NCBI RefSeq assembly: GCF_006345805.1
Contig: NC_042999.1
Span: 95,728,001 to 95,792,000, forward strand
Direction: 5' to 3'
DNA from: Octopus sinensis
Taxonomy: Eukaryota
DNA: 64,000 nt
Shown here piece by piece: positions 1 to 14,280 of this stretch (the stretch's first letter is position 1; every line of letters starts with the position of its first letter). Below the pieces are notes generated by a model that worked only from the letters and a program-made list of their open reading frames with translations, was not told where the DNA came from and made no database searches. Both the position numbers and the translations under genes were made by a program.

Positions 1-17
1 TATACATACATATACAG

Positions 18-77
<60 letters not shown>

Positions 78-303
78 TTGTATATATATATATTATATAT
101 GCATGTATGTACATATATATGTATATATGTATATATTTGTATATATATATATTTATATATGCATGTATGTACATATATATGTATATATGTATATATATGT
201 ATAATATATGCATTTATATCTATATGCATATATATATACATATACAGATATATATACATATACATATATATATATATACATATATACATATATATATATA
301 TAC

Positions 304-351
<48 letters not shown>

Positions 352-396
352 CATATATATATATTTATATATGTATATATATATATATATATAATA

Positions 397-439
<43 letters not shown>

Positions 440-610
440 GGTATGTAGAAAAATACAACATGGACAAGAACGTATAACTCTTAGAAGACGATACAATAAA
501 CACGGACAGGACATTCGAAACCCTCAGTCTTCAGTCAAGAACCGGATCATCGTAGTAGTATATAAATGTATATATTATACATATATATACATATATATAT
601 ACGTATATAC
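1..610. repeat. Compound (TA)n/(TATG)n/(TACA)n microsatellite
   Basis: Near-continuous TA dinucleotide array with interspersed G/C. It explains the YI/IY-repeat ORFs at 78-680. Confidence 0.98.
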
Positions 611-777
611 ACTCACGGAGTGGTTGGCGTTAGGAAGGGCATCCAGCCGTAAAAACACTGCCAGATTTGACTGGGCCTGATGAAGCCTTCTGGCTTCACA
701 GACCCCAGTAGAACCGTCCAACCCATGCTAGCATGGAAAACGGACGCTAAACGATGATGATGATGATGATGATGATT
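611..777 (+). mobile_element. RTE LINE 3'-terminal fragment with (GAT)n tail
   Basis: GAGTGGTTGGCGTTAGGAAGGGCATCCAGC...CCGTCCAACCCATGCTAGCATGG...AAACGATGATGAT closely matches the terminus of the long RTE at about 39970-40132. Confidence 0.9.
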
Positions 778-1122
778 ATGCAAAGCCAGAAATCTGGGAT
801 CTGGAATTATCCAATAATTTTTTGCTAGTTTATTTTGTCTCTTTATCTTCTCTCCTGGTGCTGCATGAATATTTGATTTGGTTTTAGAATCAAGTTTTGA
901 CTGCTATATCTAGCATGGTGGTATCTTTTAAATACCTTTAATTATAATTTTAATAATAATTATTACTTATGAGGTTTTTATTCCCGTGCTAGCCACTTGA
1001 TATGATCAGTATTTTAAATAACGATCTTATCCTTATGTATATAAATTTATGTACATATATATATATATATATATAGATACATATATGTCTATATATATAT
1101 GTGTGTGTGTGTATATATGTGC

Positions 1123-1162
<40 letters not shown>

Positions 1163-1542
1163 ATATACATATGAGTATATATACATATATATATATGTGT
1201 GTGCGTGTCTGTATACATATTGAACGCTTTCTTTTCTGATGTATCCCTCTAACTTGTGCTCTTTTATCTATCACTGACTTCTTCGTTTTGATGATGTCTA
1301 CCATTGGTAACGAGGCAAAAATATTAATATATACTTTCCTCAGCATGATACACAGAAACGATCATAAACTTAGTCTCACCTTTCTCAGCTAATTAAATAA
1401 TGGCTTCCTAGAGCCAAAGACACAATTCGTATTGTTATTTTCCCTCCATTTTCTTATTCTCTATATAAATATATACAACTAGATATATATATGCATATAT
1501 ATATATGTACATATATATATATATATGTTGCCTGCCCTTTTA

Positions 1543-1593
<51 letters not shown>

Positions 1594-3731
1594 GAATAAA
1601 AACCACTGATGAGGCAAAGCATTTCTTATTCAAAGCCAGAAATCTGGAATGTTTGAACTACATTTCTATGATCAGTCAACAATTTGAGAACTGATGTATT
1701 AAACAAGTCAAACATATCTCAAGCATATCCACATTTGATAAAGTTCAGAGTTTAAGCCAGTTTTGGTGTTGGCTAACATAAATTCATTTATGCTCCACCT
1801 TGATATTTTTTGTTTGTTTTACCATGCACATGTATCCATACACACACACACACACACATATATACTTGTGCATGCATATATAGGTATACATATTTTGTGC
1901 GTGTGTGCGTGCATGTGTGTGTGTGAGATAATCATTTTAACATCTACTTTTCCTGACCTGCATGGATCAGACAAGTGTGTTGTAGTAGGGTTGTTTTACA
2001 GCTTGATGCCCTTCGTGTTGTCAGGATGTGTGTGTGCATGTGTGTGTGTGTGCTTGTGTTTGTAAGCATGTATGTGTGTATGTGTGTTATCCATACTGTC
2101 AAAGATCATCCATTATGTATCTATAAATTATTGCTCCTCTATTTCTGTTAATAAATGTTCCTGGTCTTGTTACTTTTTCTTTCTTTACTAGTTTTTCACT
2201 GATATTTTAGGTATATTCTTCAGTATTCTGTTCCTTTTCCATCACATAAGTTTTAGTTGACAGTGTAAAACCTGCTATACATCCATTTCTGATCAATTGT
2301 CTTTTGCCATTAGCTCCTGTCTATGGCATTGCTTGCAGATTACCTACATCTAATAATGCTTATGTCTAGATTCTCAGTAATTTGAGAAATATTTATCATT
2401 TGCCAAGTTCCCCTAACCAGATAATGCTCTATAGCTCGATTTTATTATTTAAAATATGGTTGTGATATATTAGGTTTTCTCAAAGCATATACAATCATAA
2501 TTAATCTTTGCAAACATTGTATACTGTTAGCTGAGAAAGTTTGCACTGTCCTATAAAATTATCCATACTTCGACATAAAACCACTCATTTGTATAATTTA
2601 GAACCACTATATGGCTGGTATGTATTGTCTCAACTACAATGGAGTACAAATGCAACTTGGACATTGTTAAATCATCTAATTTGAAAGAATAATGTTGCAA
2701 ATGGTTAGACTGCATACATATTTGAATGAGATAAATTTATTAATAATAATATGTGTTTTTTTTCCATTACATATCATCTTATTAGGATGTAACAGAATAG
2801 CTATTGTGCTTTTTATTTGTTTGCATTTCTTATTTTTCTTGGTTGTGTTGAAAACATTGCTTAGAAATTATTGTGGTGAATGAAAGATTGTTTTAAAACA
2901 TTACTTGTATTATTTAAAGCAAGGTGAATGTTCCCTATTAATGTGAACATGCAGCTGTAAAAAGAATCATGGAAATATCTAAATTTGTAGTATTATCCAG
3001 TTCATATTAGCAGAGAAGTCATAAATGTAGGCTTGAAGAAAATCAAATGATTATTCAATTATGGACAAAAGATTTGGGTTTTTATATCCATGTACTTCAC
3101 TTACTTATTCTTCATTTGATTTTAAAGAATTACTTCTCCAACTAATAGATATTACCTGATACATTTCAGTGAACAACCACATTCTTACAACTACAATCTC
3201 ATTGCCCTGTTAATGCTTCAATTGCTTTGGAAATAGTGTGATAATATACTTTGTTCTCTTCTTTAATCCTACCTATTCTCTCGAATATAAAAATGAATGT
3301 TTTATCTTTTACAATGATGCCTTAATTTCGACATATCCTGGAATTCATATATTTAAATGCATTATTAAAGCAGCTGCTTTTCAGTTAGCAGCTCTTTTTA
3401 ATGCTGGATGGTTCTTAATTTCTGCAAAATTGTTTGTAGTGAGCACTTGTTATTTCTAGTTCATTCAATCAAAAGAATAAAGTAATATTATTGTTAGCTT
3501 GATCTAAAGAAACAATTATTACTTCTCTTTTAAAGAACATCGATTCCTTTTCAAATTGAGGTGCTCTTTGGATACAATTCTAAAACAGAAATTTGTTTTA
3601 TTTACTTTGTGTTGCTACCTGAAATACAACCATTACTAAAACTCAAAATGCTACATTAGTCAAACCAAAACAGATACCAATTTAAATGAATCTCAGATAT
3701 TTCTATTCAAATCATTAGATACTTCCTGTAG

Positions 3732-3789
3732 AGAGTTACTGGTCATGTCACTGATATATAGAGAAAATAGGATTTTCTCTGAAATACTT
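3732..3789 (+). CDS. Candidate exon of unidentified host gene (ELLVMSLIYRENRIFSEIL, phase 2 to 0)
   Basis: TTCCTGTAG acceptor and CTT|GTAAGT donor. The frame is open back to 3640, so upstream acceptors are possible. No homology recognised. Confidence 0.35.
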
Positions 3790-5949
3790 GTAAGTTTGTA
3801 CATATCCACGCAGTTTTGTTTTTATATAAAAGCACTTTGGTATACACACTATGTATTTTATGATATATTACTGTTTCAAAAGTAAAATGTATTTTTACTT
3901 GTATATAAATAAAATCATTGATGAAACCTGATGGAATATTTAAATGAATGAAAGAAGTATTTAAGTATAAATAAACTTTGGCACAAATCTGTTTGGCTAG
4001 TGATTGTTAGCAAAATAACAATCTAAGAAAAGACATTTCAAAGTAATTTGGAAGAAGTTATATTTGTTGGAAGTATTCCAAGGGGAATAATTATTAAAAT
4101 GGACATATGCTGCAAATGAGAGGAAAGAAATGTCCTTAAAAGGAGAGCTCCTTTGCCAACATTGATTCAAAGCACCCAATATACATTTCTATCCAAGTTG
4201 ACAAATTTGGTGTGAGCTGGAGCTAGTTTTAGTTGGAAAAATCTCAAGTATCTAAAAGTTATTGAATTTCCTCACTTTATTTTTTTTTCCCATTTTTATG
4301 TCAAGTCTTTCTCACAACTGACATGGAATATAGTGATTTAAAGAAAAGTAAAAGTCCCAGCAGATCTTGAATATAATAGTAGTAAATAGGTCATGTATTA
4401 CATACGTGTTTTTCAAAAGTAAGGGTTGCCAACTCTTGTCTTTTATCTACTTCATCTTTAAGATGGGCAATTTCTTATCAAGTTTTATATGAAATATCTC
4501 ATCAGTCAATTTGATGCCACTATATAAATGTTAAAAGAATTAGAACACTGAAACTACATGTTCCTTGTTATAGAAAAAACATAAAGGGGATTATTGGTGT
4601 AACCAGTGCTGGTGTTATGAGGAAGATACTGTTTAACATAAGTCCGCTAGAAATAACAGCCAAATCTCTCTTTGATCACATTCTTCCATCATTAAAAAGA
4701 GAAAGAGCATATTGGATTGTGTAGTCTAGCCTGAGATAAATAATGCTCTTTCTCTTTTTAAAGATGGTAGAATGTGATCAAAGAGAGATTTAGCTGTTAA
4801 TTCTAGAATGTATAATATTGGTATTAGTAATAACAACAGTTGTAATATGAACTTGATTGTAGACATTCTAAAATATCCCACTAGTTCCCTCTGGCTTTTT
4901 AGTTAACAATATATCTCAGAAACTTAATCATTCACTTTAATATTGCTGTGCTACATAGATGGCTTTGTTTGTTGTTCATAACTTATGTGAACATAGTTTT
5001 AGTAATCTATAAGTTTCAAAATTATAGACTTTTCCATTACCTTTACAAGCCCACATAGATTCAAAACTGTTTAGTATGCAGTACATACAGATTCATATAC
5101 CTGCAGACAAATGATCTCTTTAGATTTTAGCAGCATGGGTCTGTTGTAAAAAAAGTAGAAGGCATGAGAAATTCTGTAATATACTTATAATTTACATATA
5201 TTCACAGAGGATATAATATTTATAAGTATATTGAATAAAGATATTTTTAACATCTTGCCCAAAACCAGATACTTAAATGTAATAATTCATTGCATATTCT
5301 TCTCAGTATATTGCTCCTGCAATGCAGTATTTGCCATGCACTCTTCACAATATGTATATAGCTATATGTATACCAACTTATTACAGCATGCTATAAATAA
5401 AGTGTTGAAGTGCATTTCATATATATGTACACAGAAACCTGACTTGGGATGCCATTTCAGTATACAGAGAAATTTTCCCAAAACAGTACTGTCACAAAGA
5501 CTGATATCTAAAATCTGAACATGTTATGATATTTAGAATATAAACTTGGCTATTTCCAAATAAATTTAAAACTCTCACAGGATAGATTTATTACTAAAAT
5601 ATTGAATGAATGAAAAGCTATAATAAACAAAATATATAAGTTATTTCAACTATCTGATATTTTATATGTATATGTAAGAAAGTCTGTGTGATGTACATAC
5701 ATATTCCATAGATTATATTGTAAAATAATTTTTGTGATTACCACAGCTCGCAAATTGTTATTAGCATATCCTTAGCTCTTTTACATATATACTGAAAATA
5801 ATATAAATTGAAGTTAGTATCATCTATTTGGCATAAAGTATACCCATACTATTTAATTAGAACATATTCGAACCTGGTGCTTTATTCTTTTTACATATTT
5901 TATATCCTATATCATAATACTTACTTCATAAAAATTCTTTGAAAACTCA

Positions 5950-6380
5950 TTGCTCATTAAAAATCCATCTCCCAACACCTCCCTCTCCCCCTACTCAGAC
6001 TCCCCACCAATTGTATTCCCCTCCCCTCCAGCTTCCACTCTTTCTCACAAACCCGCCAGAACCTACCAGCACACAGTTTGTCCCTGTCTTATCTCTTCCC
6101 TATAATATATCCTCCTCTTAATACCCTTCCCACTACCTTTGTTCACTCACTGCACTCTCTCCACCCTCCATCTACTCTCCTCTCAAAATCTCACAAACTT
6201 ACCCACCCATGCACCAACTCACCCTCTCCAATCTCTGGTCCACTTCACTTTATACATCTCCTTTTAATTTGGGGGTACCCCCACCATCTCATCTTCACCA
6301 CCTTCTCTCTCTCCCCTCTTTCTCCACCTGAACCATTAGTGTTTTCTTTTCTACTACAAGTCACTGTTTTCTGACTCTCA
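5950..6380. repeat. C/T-rich low-complexity tract
   Basis: Strong pyrimidine and C bias on the plus strand. It produces the spurious Pro/Ser/Leu/His ORFs at 5939-6374. Confidence 0.7.
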
Positions 6381-6419
6381 ATACCACTTACCCACTCAGT
6401 TAAAGGGGTTTTTTATCTT

Positions 6420-7095
6420 GTAAGTTACTTGATGACCCTGCTGATGCTATATAAAAAGTACTCAGTACACTCTGTAAAGTGGTTGGCTTTAGGAAGTGCA
6501 TCCTATCAAGAAACCATGCCAAAGCAAACAGTAGAGCTTGATGCAGTCTTCTGATTTGCCAGTTTTTGTCAGATCATCCAACTTATGCCAGCATGGAAAA
6601 TATGTTAAATTATAATGACGATAATGTGTGTATATATGATGTATTAGTCATGGTCACTGTTGGTGCCATGTAAATAACACTTGTGCATTGTAGTCTGGGC
6701 CATTGCCTGTGCCATGTAAATTGCACCTGCGTACCCAGGAATTGTAGTCATGGTTGTTGATGGTGCCATGTAAATGGCATCCATGAAATCGTAGTTGTAA
6801 TCACTGCAAGTGCCATGTAAATGACACCTGTGCATCATAGTTTTGGTCCTTACTGGTACCATGTACATGCCACCTGTCAGTTATAGTTGTGGTCATTGTC
6901 AGTGTCATGTAAATGCCACCCATGCCGGTGGTACATAAAAGCACCCATTGCACTTCTGGAGTGGTTGGCATCAGAAAGGGCATCCAGCTGTAGAAATCAT
7001 GCTAAATCAGACTGGAACCTGGTGCAACTCATCAGCTCCAGTCCAGCTGTTTAATCCAAGTCAGCATGGACAACAGATGTTAAATGATGATGATT
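6420..7095 (+). mobile_element. Two decayed RTE 3'UTR fragments, the second with about 7 repeated internal modules
   Basis: AAAGTGGTTGGCTTTAGGAAGTGCATCC (about 6477) and GAGTGGTTGGCATCAGAAAGGGCATCCAGC (about 6960), each followed by a short GAT tail. Repeated GTGCCATGTAAA-type units at 6650-6945. Confidence 0.75.
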
Positions 7096-7391
7096 CTCCT
7101 GTTGATTTCAGCATATGAATGTCCAATTGTTCAATCAAATGAACGATCACCTACCCACTGAATTAACATATAGAGTGGTTGAATTTTCTGCACCTGTGTA
7201 CCCTTGACATAATCCTCAGTTAGAATCAGCATGATATAGAGGGATAGGTCGAGACCTACAGATGTAGTCCATCTGACAGGCTTCTACAGAACCTGTTTGC
7301 TGAATTTCTTTCAAATGGCTTGGGTGGACAGCACATTGTTGTAAAGCAAATGAACCAGTAAGCCATGCTTGCATCCTTGTGTGTATGTGTG

Positions 7392-7475
<84 letters not shown>

Positions 7476-8757
7476 GTATCATACATGAACCATGTATATA
7501 TTGTTGAAAGGCAAGTTACTGTGATAGTTGTCTGAGATAGCATCACTCATAGATGTGTTGTTTTTTATCATATATATCCAAGGGAAATGAAAAATCATCC
7601 CAGCAGCAGCTAATGAGAACACCAAAGGTATTTTGACTTAGCTGGGCCTTATCAGTAACATAACCCACTGTCAACCAGATGCCTGGATGAGATTTGTCAC
7701 CTCCAGTATAGGAAACAGTGAATGAAATAATAGATGATAAATTATATTAGAATATTATTAAGGTGTTATATGATATACTGAGCATTCATTGCATGATATG
7801 TGAATCATCTCTTTTATAACATTGTTATGTACCTCCAGTGTATAGCGTGTGCCAAAGTGATCCTTGTTCAGTCAAACTTTATGCACCTATTGATAAATAT
7901 TGATTATTAATTCAATGAGTAAAGTTACAGCAAAAAAGTATATAGGAGTATGTTTTACAGATGTTATTTGTACATGTGTGTGTTTGAATTATTTTAGCAT
8001 GGCTACTATTGGTTACTGTTGCTCATTAAAAATTTTTTGTGTGGTTAGAGTCATCATTTTCCCCAAAAAGTGGAGTAGATATTAGTGTGCATAAACATAA
8101 AAATAAGATAAAAGTATTTTATTCAGTACAAGCAATGGAAATAGTTCATAAACAAGTGCATTAGAATTACCGGCAGTTATAGAGCAAAGTTTTAGATAAG
8201 GTATTGCTTTATTAAAATGTTACTTATAAAATAGGTTGGAGAATTTCAAAAAGATTCAATGGGACTTTCTAAAATCTTGGTTATATGAGAAACTATGTGT
8301 TCTTATTTCTCTGATAAAATGGAACCATTTTCTTTCAGGAATATTTCTATTTAATAAATCTTGACACATTTATTTCTGTACTAGTAGTAATGATGCAATG
8401 CAGAAATTGCAGAATAAAACAAACTTTTCTGGAAACTGTGTATGCATACAAGTGGTTTGAGTACTTTAAGAATAAGACTAAGATTTTCTGACAAAGGAAA
8501 TCGAAAATTGATAAATAGGAAATAAAAAGATGTGAGGATTTATATAGGAAAAGAGCAAAAATAATTGTAGTTAGAACAAGGTAAAATAATTATACTAATA
8601 TTGTCTATACTAATGGAAAGAAGAAAGAGAAAAGAAAGATGGAAACAAGACAAAATGGAGAATAAAAGCTAAAGAGGCTGAGATTGTTCATCAGTTAACT
8701 TTATTAGAGTTGTCGTATTGATCTTGTCTTTTATTGATCTCTCCTAATGCACTGTAG

Positions 8758-8783
8758 ACCAAGTGATGGGATAAGCATTATAG
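8758..8783 (+). CDS. Candidate micro-exon (PSDGISII, phase 2 to 1)
   Basis: Pyrimidine tract with CTAAT branch-like motif and TGTAG acceptor; TAG|GTAAGG donor. Only one frame is open. Confidence 0.3.
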
Positions 8784-8868
8784 GTAAGGAGTTGATTGTT
8801 CAACTGATCTCTATATCAAAGAATAATAGAATATTATATTTTTCTACATGTGTTTTACATTGTTTTAT

Positions 8869-8974
<106 letters not shown>

Positions 8975-9758
8975 GTTTGTGTGTGTATGTAAATGCAGGT
9001 GTATAAGTATTATGCATTCATAGATTGATAAGCTGATACACAGTCACATTTATTAGATCAGTAGATATAAGCATATATGTCTGTTTAATTTGGATGGGTG
9101 AAAAAGAAAGAAAGAATAAATTTCAAGGCAAATGACTAGTTATGGAAAGATAATACTTTAAATTAGGCCCTCATGCAAGAATTTTGTGAATAATAGTGAA
9201 TAAAATACTTTAGAATATGAGTTCTAGGAAATTATTTGGATATATTGAAAATATAGCATTAATATTACAAACTTTAAAAATCTAATGCAGTCAAGCTATG
9301 GTAATTATTCACTCTGTCAACTGCTTCTTAACTTAGAAATTGATAGGTGTTTTTGGATAGAGTTTTAAAACATGTCCTCATCAAAAACAAGACAGAACAG
9401 TTAAGGAAAGTATAAAAATAATGAAATCCAAGAGATATATGAAGATTTATTATTTTACAACTATATTTTCCATAATTTACGATTATATAAAAATTATTCT
9501 GATTTAAAAAAAAAAAAAATTCTCTTTATTTATGCCATTGTTCAAACTGCTGATGTAGCTACTACTAGATAGCCTTCGTTATTATTATTTGGTTGAGGTT
9601 AACTACTATGTGGTTACTGTTATTTAGACCCAGATCAACTCTGATCAAGAAGGTCTATGATTAAAGGTATGCCAATCATGACAATTATCTCCTTTTAGGG
9701 GTATGTAGGGCGACATCATTGGTCTTTTCTTTATTTAAGGCACTATGGTGTAATTTAA

Positions 9759-9975
9759 CCCTTTAGCATTTAAACCAGCCATATCTGGCCAAAATATTCT
9801 GTCTGTGTTATCTTCAAATTGGCCAGATCTAGTCTCTCACACCTACCCAACTATGTCATTTTAAAAATGGACAATTATATGATCAAAATCTCAAAGGTAT
9901 GAGATAATGCATGATTAATTCAAAACAATGGGATTAAATAAGTATATTTTATGAAGTAATATGAGTACTAAAGGG
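9759..9975. mobile_element. Short MITE-like element, piggyBac-type ends
   Basis: TTAA followed by CCCTTTAGCATT at the left end; imperfect inverted copy AGTACTAAAGGG at the right end. The right-hand TTAA is not preserved. Confidence 0.5.
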
Positions 9976-10415
9976 GGAAATCAGATTTGGCTACTATTTC
10001 TGACCTGATAATAACTAAATATAAGCTCTTTTGTTGGCTCTCCTAGAAACATTAGTGAAGTTTCTCTCAAAACATGCCTGCTATCGTAAAGACAAAGGAG
10101 ATAATGTAAACCAAGTGATGGTCGTAATGGAAATGCCTTTGGTCATGTCTACTCGGTAAAGGGCTATACTACTACTACTACTGATGATGATGATAATTAA
10201 TTAAAGTAGAATCTGGTTGATTTTTTAAAAAATTTAATTTATTAGGACAAGACTTAATATTATATGTTACTCTGTACTGTTTCTGGCAACTCTTCATTTC
10301 TTTATTCTGGTAATACTGCTATCTATGAACCATTATGATTTTGCTTGTGCTGCACGTTATCCCTGTATAATGATCATACTCATTAATAGCAACCATCAGT
10401 GATATTTGTTTGTAG

Positions 10416-10472
10416 AATTATTCAGATAGAAGAAATAATATCAACCATTATTGCTAAATTGTGTGACCAAAA
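10416..10472 (+). CDS. Candidate exon (IIQIEEIISTIIAKLCDQ, phase 2 to 2)
   Basis: TTTGTTTGTAG acceptor, AA|GTATTA donor, 57 nt with one open frame and a protein-like amphipathic peptide. Confidence 0.3.
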
Positions 10473-11432
10473 GTATTAGTCTTAAAACTTCAAAGACACC
10501 ATTACTATTCTTTATAGAATATTTTATAGGAAATAACAGATTTTGTTTATGAGCACGAAAATTTTATAAATTTAGCATTACAATTTACAATCTAGTTCAA
10601 TGCATCTCTATGAGTTTATATGTTGAAACCCTGTAACATCAATTGTTATGTCATAAGCATATCTCAGTGAGATAAATTTATTTTATTAATGGTCTTTGAT
10701 TTACTTTGCCTATCTTTCAAAACATAATGCATTGCATTCGACTGAACCTGTATTATTAGCTCATTTCCTTACATTCTCAATTACTTACCTTATATGTTTT
10801 GTATAAGTTTAAATAATTCATTTCTATATTCAACATAATGAAATCTAAATGTTAAAATGTATTAATGCAATTAGAAATAATTGTATTCTATATGAGAAAG
10901 GTATTTCATTTAACAAATATTAATTGCCATTTATGATTTTACTTCCATGTCCCTTTCTGAAATTAGTTTTTAACAGAAATACATTGAACCATAAACCTAT
11001 TTATTTTTCAATATATTCTACCATTGAAAAATGTACCATAATTTTTTTAGAAGAAGGGTCACTACTCAAGACATTTTTAATATTTTTTCAGTGAGGTTTA
11101 TGCAAGTGGATTACTATCTTGAACCTCTATGGGTTCACATATATAAAGGATTATGGAATGCTTTTAATGTAATGTCTTAAAAATGAAGCACAATAAGGAA
11201 GTTGAGAGGAGGGTAGACATGTGCATTAGATGAGCTTAAATTTAAGTTATATACAGTTTGCTAATTCAGAGAAACAAAGAAGTAGCAATAGAAAAGACAA
11301 GGAGAAAAAACACTTTATTTTAAATCCAGTGTTGTACTCTACTGGTGACTCAATCCCTACTAATTTCTCTAGCAATACTGTTTCAGATAAGAGGAGAGTA
11401 CTGCAATGTAAGATTTAATTAGTTTTATACAG

Positions 11433-11458
11433 AATCGGAAACTACTGATCAGGCTGAG
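11433..11458 (+). CDS. Candidate micro-exon (NRKLLIRL in phase 0, or SETTDQAE in phase 1)
   Basis: TTTTATACAG acceptor and GAG|GTAAGG donor, 26 nt. The frame is ambiguous. Confidence 0.35.
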
Positions 11459-12176
11459 GTAAGGTTTTTGACATGATGAGGAAGCATAGTTTTTGAGATA
11501 CAACACTAACAACATTTTACATGTGATGTCACCGTAAGAACCTGTCACCTATTGGGAGACTTAATTTTTGTAATGACTTTGAGCATTTTACTTAGATGAT
11601 GATCATATGAGTATCTCCTATCTATATTGAAGGAGACTTGTTTGTCATGTTCCCATTAAAGGAAATTTTTTTAAAGTTTCTATTTTTGAAAGGAGTGCAA
11701 GTCTTGCATGAAATGTTTAGATTGCATTTAGAAGATGGCTGGGTGTTAAACATTTATGGGGAATGAAAAGTAATGTAATGCCATCTACATTTGGGTATGT
11801 TTTGACAAAAATGACAAATAGGTCATTAATGCATCAATCAAGATAGATCCCTGTAAGAAGAAAAAGAACTGAAAAACAAGGATAGAAGCTAGTTCTGGGA
11901 GTGGGGTGTACTGTTTTAAGGTGTTTAGTGGAAAGAACAACATGAGTTTTAATCATCTTGCTGAGTTGAAGTAATTGGAAAAGTTTTATACTTAGTAAGG
12001 GCATCCAGCCATAGAAACCAAGACAAAACAGGCTGGAGCCCGGTGTAGCTTTCCAGCTTACCAGTTTCTTTATTAACAAGAATGGAAGGATGAGGCTTAC
12101 TGAGTCATATTGCTAAGGAATAACAAGTAGGAGGATACAATACACACATCCTGCCTTTTGTATATACAGATATACT

Positions 12177-12234
<58 letters not shown>

Positions 12235-12421
12235 ATATATATGTAGAGAGAGAGGTTCAAGATATATATATATATATATATATATAGATAGATAGATATA
12301 GATATATCCATATATATATATATATATTTAGAAATATATAGATATATAATAATTATTATTTGAGGGAATAAAATCCAAACTTACAAGGAAAAAAATTCAA
12401 TTTTTATATATATATATATAT

Positions 12422-14060
12422 ATCATCATCATCATACGTCCGCTTTCCATGCTGGCATGGGTTGGACGGTTCAACTAGGGTCCGGGAAGCCAGAAGGCTG
12501 CACCAGGCCCAGTCTGATCTGGCAGTGTTTCTACAGCTGGATGTCCTTCCTAACGCCAACCACTCCGTGAGTGTAGTGGGTGCTTTTTACATGCCACCGG
12601 CACAGGTGCCAGACGGGGCTGGCAAACGGCCACGATCGGATGGTGCTTTTTATGTGCCACCGGCACAGGGACCAGACGAAGCTGGTAATGGCCACGGTCG
12701 GATGGTGCTTTTTACGTTCCACCGGCACGGAGGCCGGTTGGGCGGCGCTGGCTATGGCCACGTTCGGATGGTTCTCTTACGTGGCACTGGTATCACAACT
12801 ACAAATTCCATTGATGTTGATAGATTACAATTTTGATTTTGATCTTCACTTGCCTCAACAGGTCTTCACAAGTGGAGTTTTGTGTCCCAAGAAGGAAAGG
12901 AGTGCATAAGTGGGCTGGCTACATCCCAGGTGTAGGCCACGGGATTATGGCCTCACTTGTCCTGCCGGCTCTTCTCATGCACAGGTCTCGGTCTCTAGTC
13001 GGCTCTTCTCACGCACAGGTCTCGGTCTCTAGTCATTTCCTCAGTGAGACCTAAAGTTTGAAGGTCGTGCTTCACCACCTCATCCCAGGTTTTCCTGGGT
13101 CTACCTCTTCCACAGGTTCCCTCAACCGCTAGGGTGTGGCACTTTTTCACACAACTATCTTCATCCATTCTCGCCACATGACCATACCAGCGCAAACGTC
13201 TCTCTTGCACACCACAACTGATGCTTCTTAGGTCTAACTTTTCTCTCAAAAAACTTACACTATGTCGAGTATGAACACTGACATTACATATCCATCGGAG
13301 CATACTGGCTTCATTTCTTGCAAGCTTACGCATATCCTCAGCAATCCCGGCCCATGTTTCACTGCCATGTAGCATGGCTGTTCATACACATGCGTCATAC
13401 AATCTGCCTTTTACTCTCAGCGAGAAGCTTTTTGTCTCCAGCAGAGGTAAGAGCTCTCTGAACTTTGCCCAGGCTATTCTTACTCTAGCATTTACACTTT
13501 CAGCGCACCCGCCCCTGCTGCTGACTTGGTCACCTAGGTAACGGAAGCTATCAACTACTTCTAGTTTTTCTCCCTGGAATGTGGCAGAAGATGGTCTCTG
13601 TGTATTTTCAATGTTTATTACTCCCGAGCATCTGCCACATAGAAAAACTATTTTCCTAGTTAGCCTTCCTTTGACATTGCTGCACTTCTTATGTGTCCAT
13701 AGCTTACATTTGGTGCATCTTATAGAGTTTCTACCTATGCCTTTTCTACAGATCGAGCAGGGCCATCTACCTGAGGGTGTTTGTGATTTGTCTACCTTCC
13801 TACTTATTAGAACTTTGGTTTTAGCTAGGTTGACTCTTAGGCCCTTCCATTCTAATCCTTGCTTCCACACCTGAAACTTCTCCTCCAGTTCTGATAGTGA
13901 CTCAGCAATTAGGGCAAGGTCATCAGCATAGAGGAGCTCCCAGGGGCAGCCTGTCTTGAATTCCTCCATTATTGCTTGGAGGACTATGATAAATAGGAGG
14001 GGGCTGAGGACTGAACCTTCGTGGACCCCTACCTCTACCCGGAATTCTTTATATCTAAAT
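12422..14060 (-). mobile_element. 5'-truncated RTE LINE (RT C-terminal half with PHD insert, 3'UTR, GAT tail)
   Basis: ORFs 13382-14125 (GVHEGSVLSP, LLYADD, PHD, SFRYLG) and 12995-13375 (LHGSETW, RLRWYGHV, RGRPRKTW) match ORF2 of the long RTE. (ATC)n tail at 12422. Confidence 0.97.
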
Positions 14061-14200
14061 GTGTCAAGGCCGACAGGAAGTGTTGTGGGTGTATTATTTT
14101 TTTTCTTCAGTTGAAGTAGCCTCAAGGTTTCTGTAACTCATTTGCTTATGTTTACTTGGCATTTCATATAAAAAGTAACAGTTAAGACATATATATATAT

Positions 14201-14236
<36 letters not shown>

Positions 14237-14280
14237 CATGTTGATTATCAATACATTTACAACACAAATATTACAGTTAG

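Noticed and set aside
78-680. Long YI/IY-rich ORFs here and at 35129-35924 and other TA arrays
   Set aside because: They are translations of (TA)n microsatellites, which lack stops in some frames; no coding signal.
1382-1409. Minus-strand segment with good splice sites (CTCTAG|...AAG|GTGAGA)
   Set aside because: All three frames contain stops. It shows that splice-like flanks arise by chance here.
1606-1645. CTGATGAG...GCCAGAAA hammerhead-like core
   Set aside because: There is an extra base before GAAA, stem II is weak, and no stems I/III could be formed with the flanks.
5101-5140. Minus-strand candidate exon PMLLKSKEIICLQ
   Set aside because: It is an isolated 40-nt segment, opposite to the better-supported plus-strand candidates, with no homology recognised.
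11230-11418. 62-aa ORF (FANSEKQRSSNRKDKEKK...) with acceptor and donor-like flanks
   Set aside because: Joining it to the next candidate exon would need a 25-nt intron. It cannot be placed in a consistent model, though it is not excluded as an alternative exon.
12580-12790. Regularly spaced repeats with variable spacers resembling a CRISPR array
   Set aside because: They are the internal modules of the RTE 3'UTR in a eukaryotic genome; there are no cas genes.
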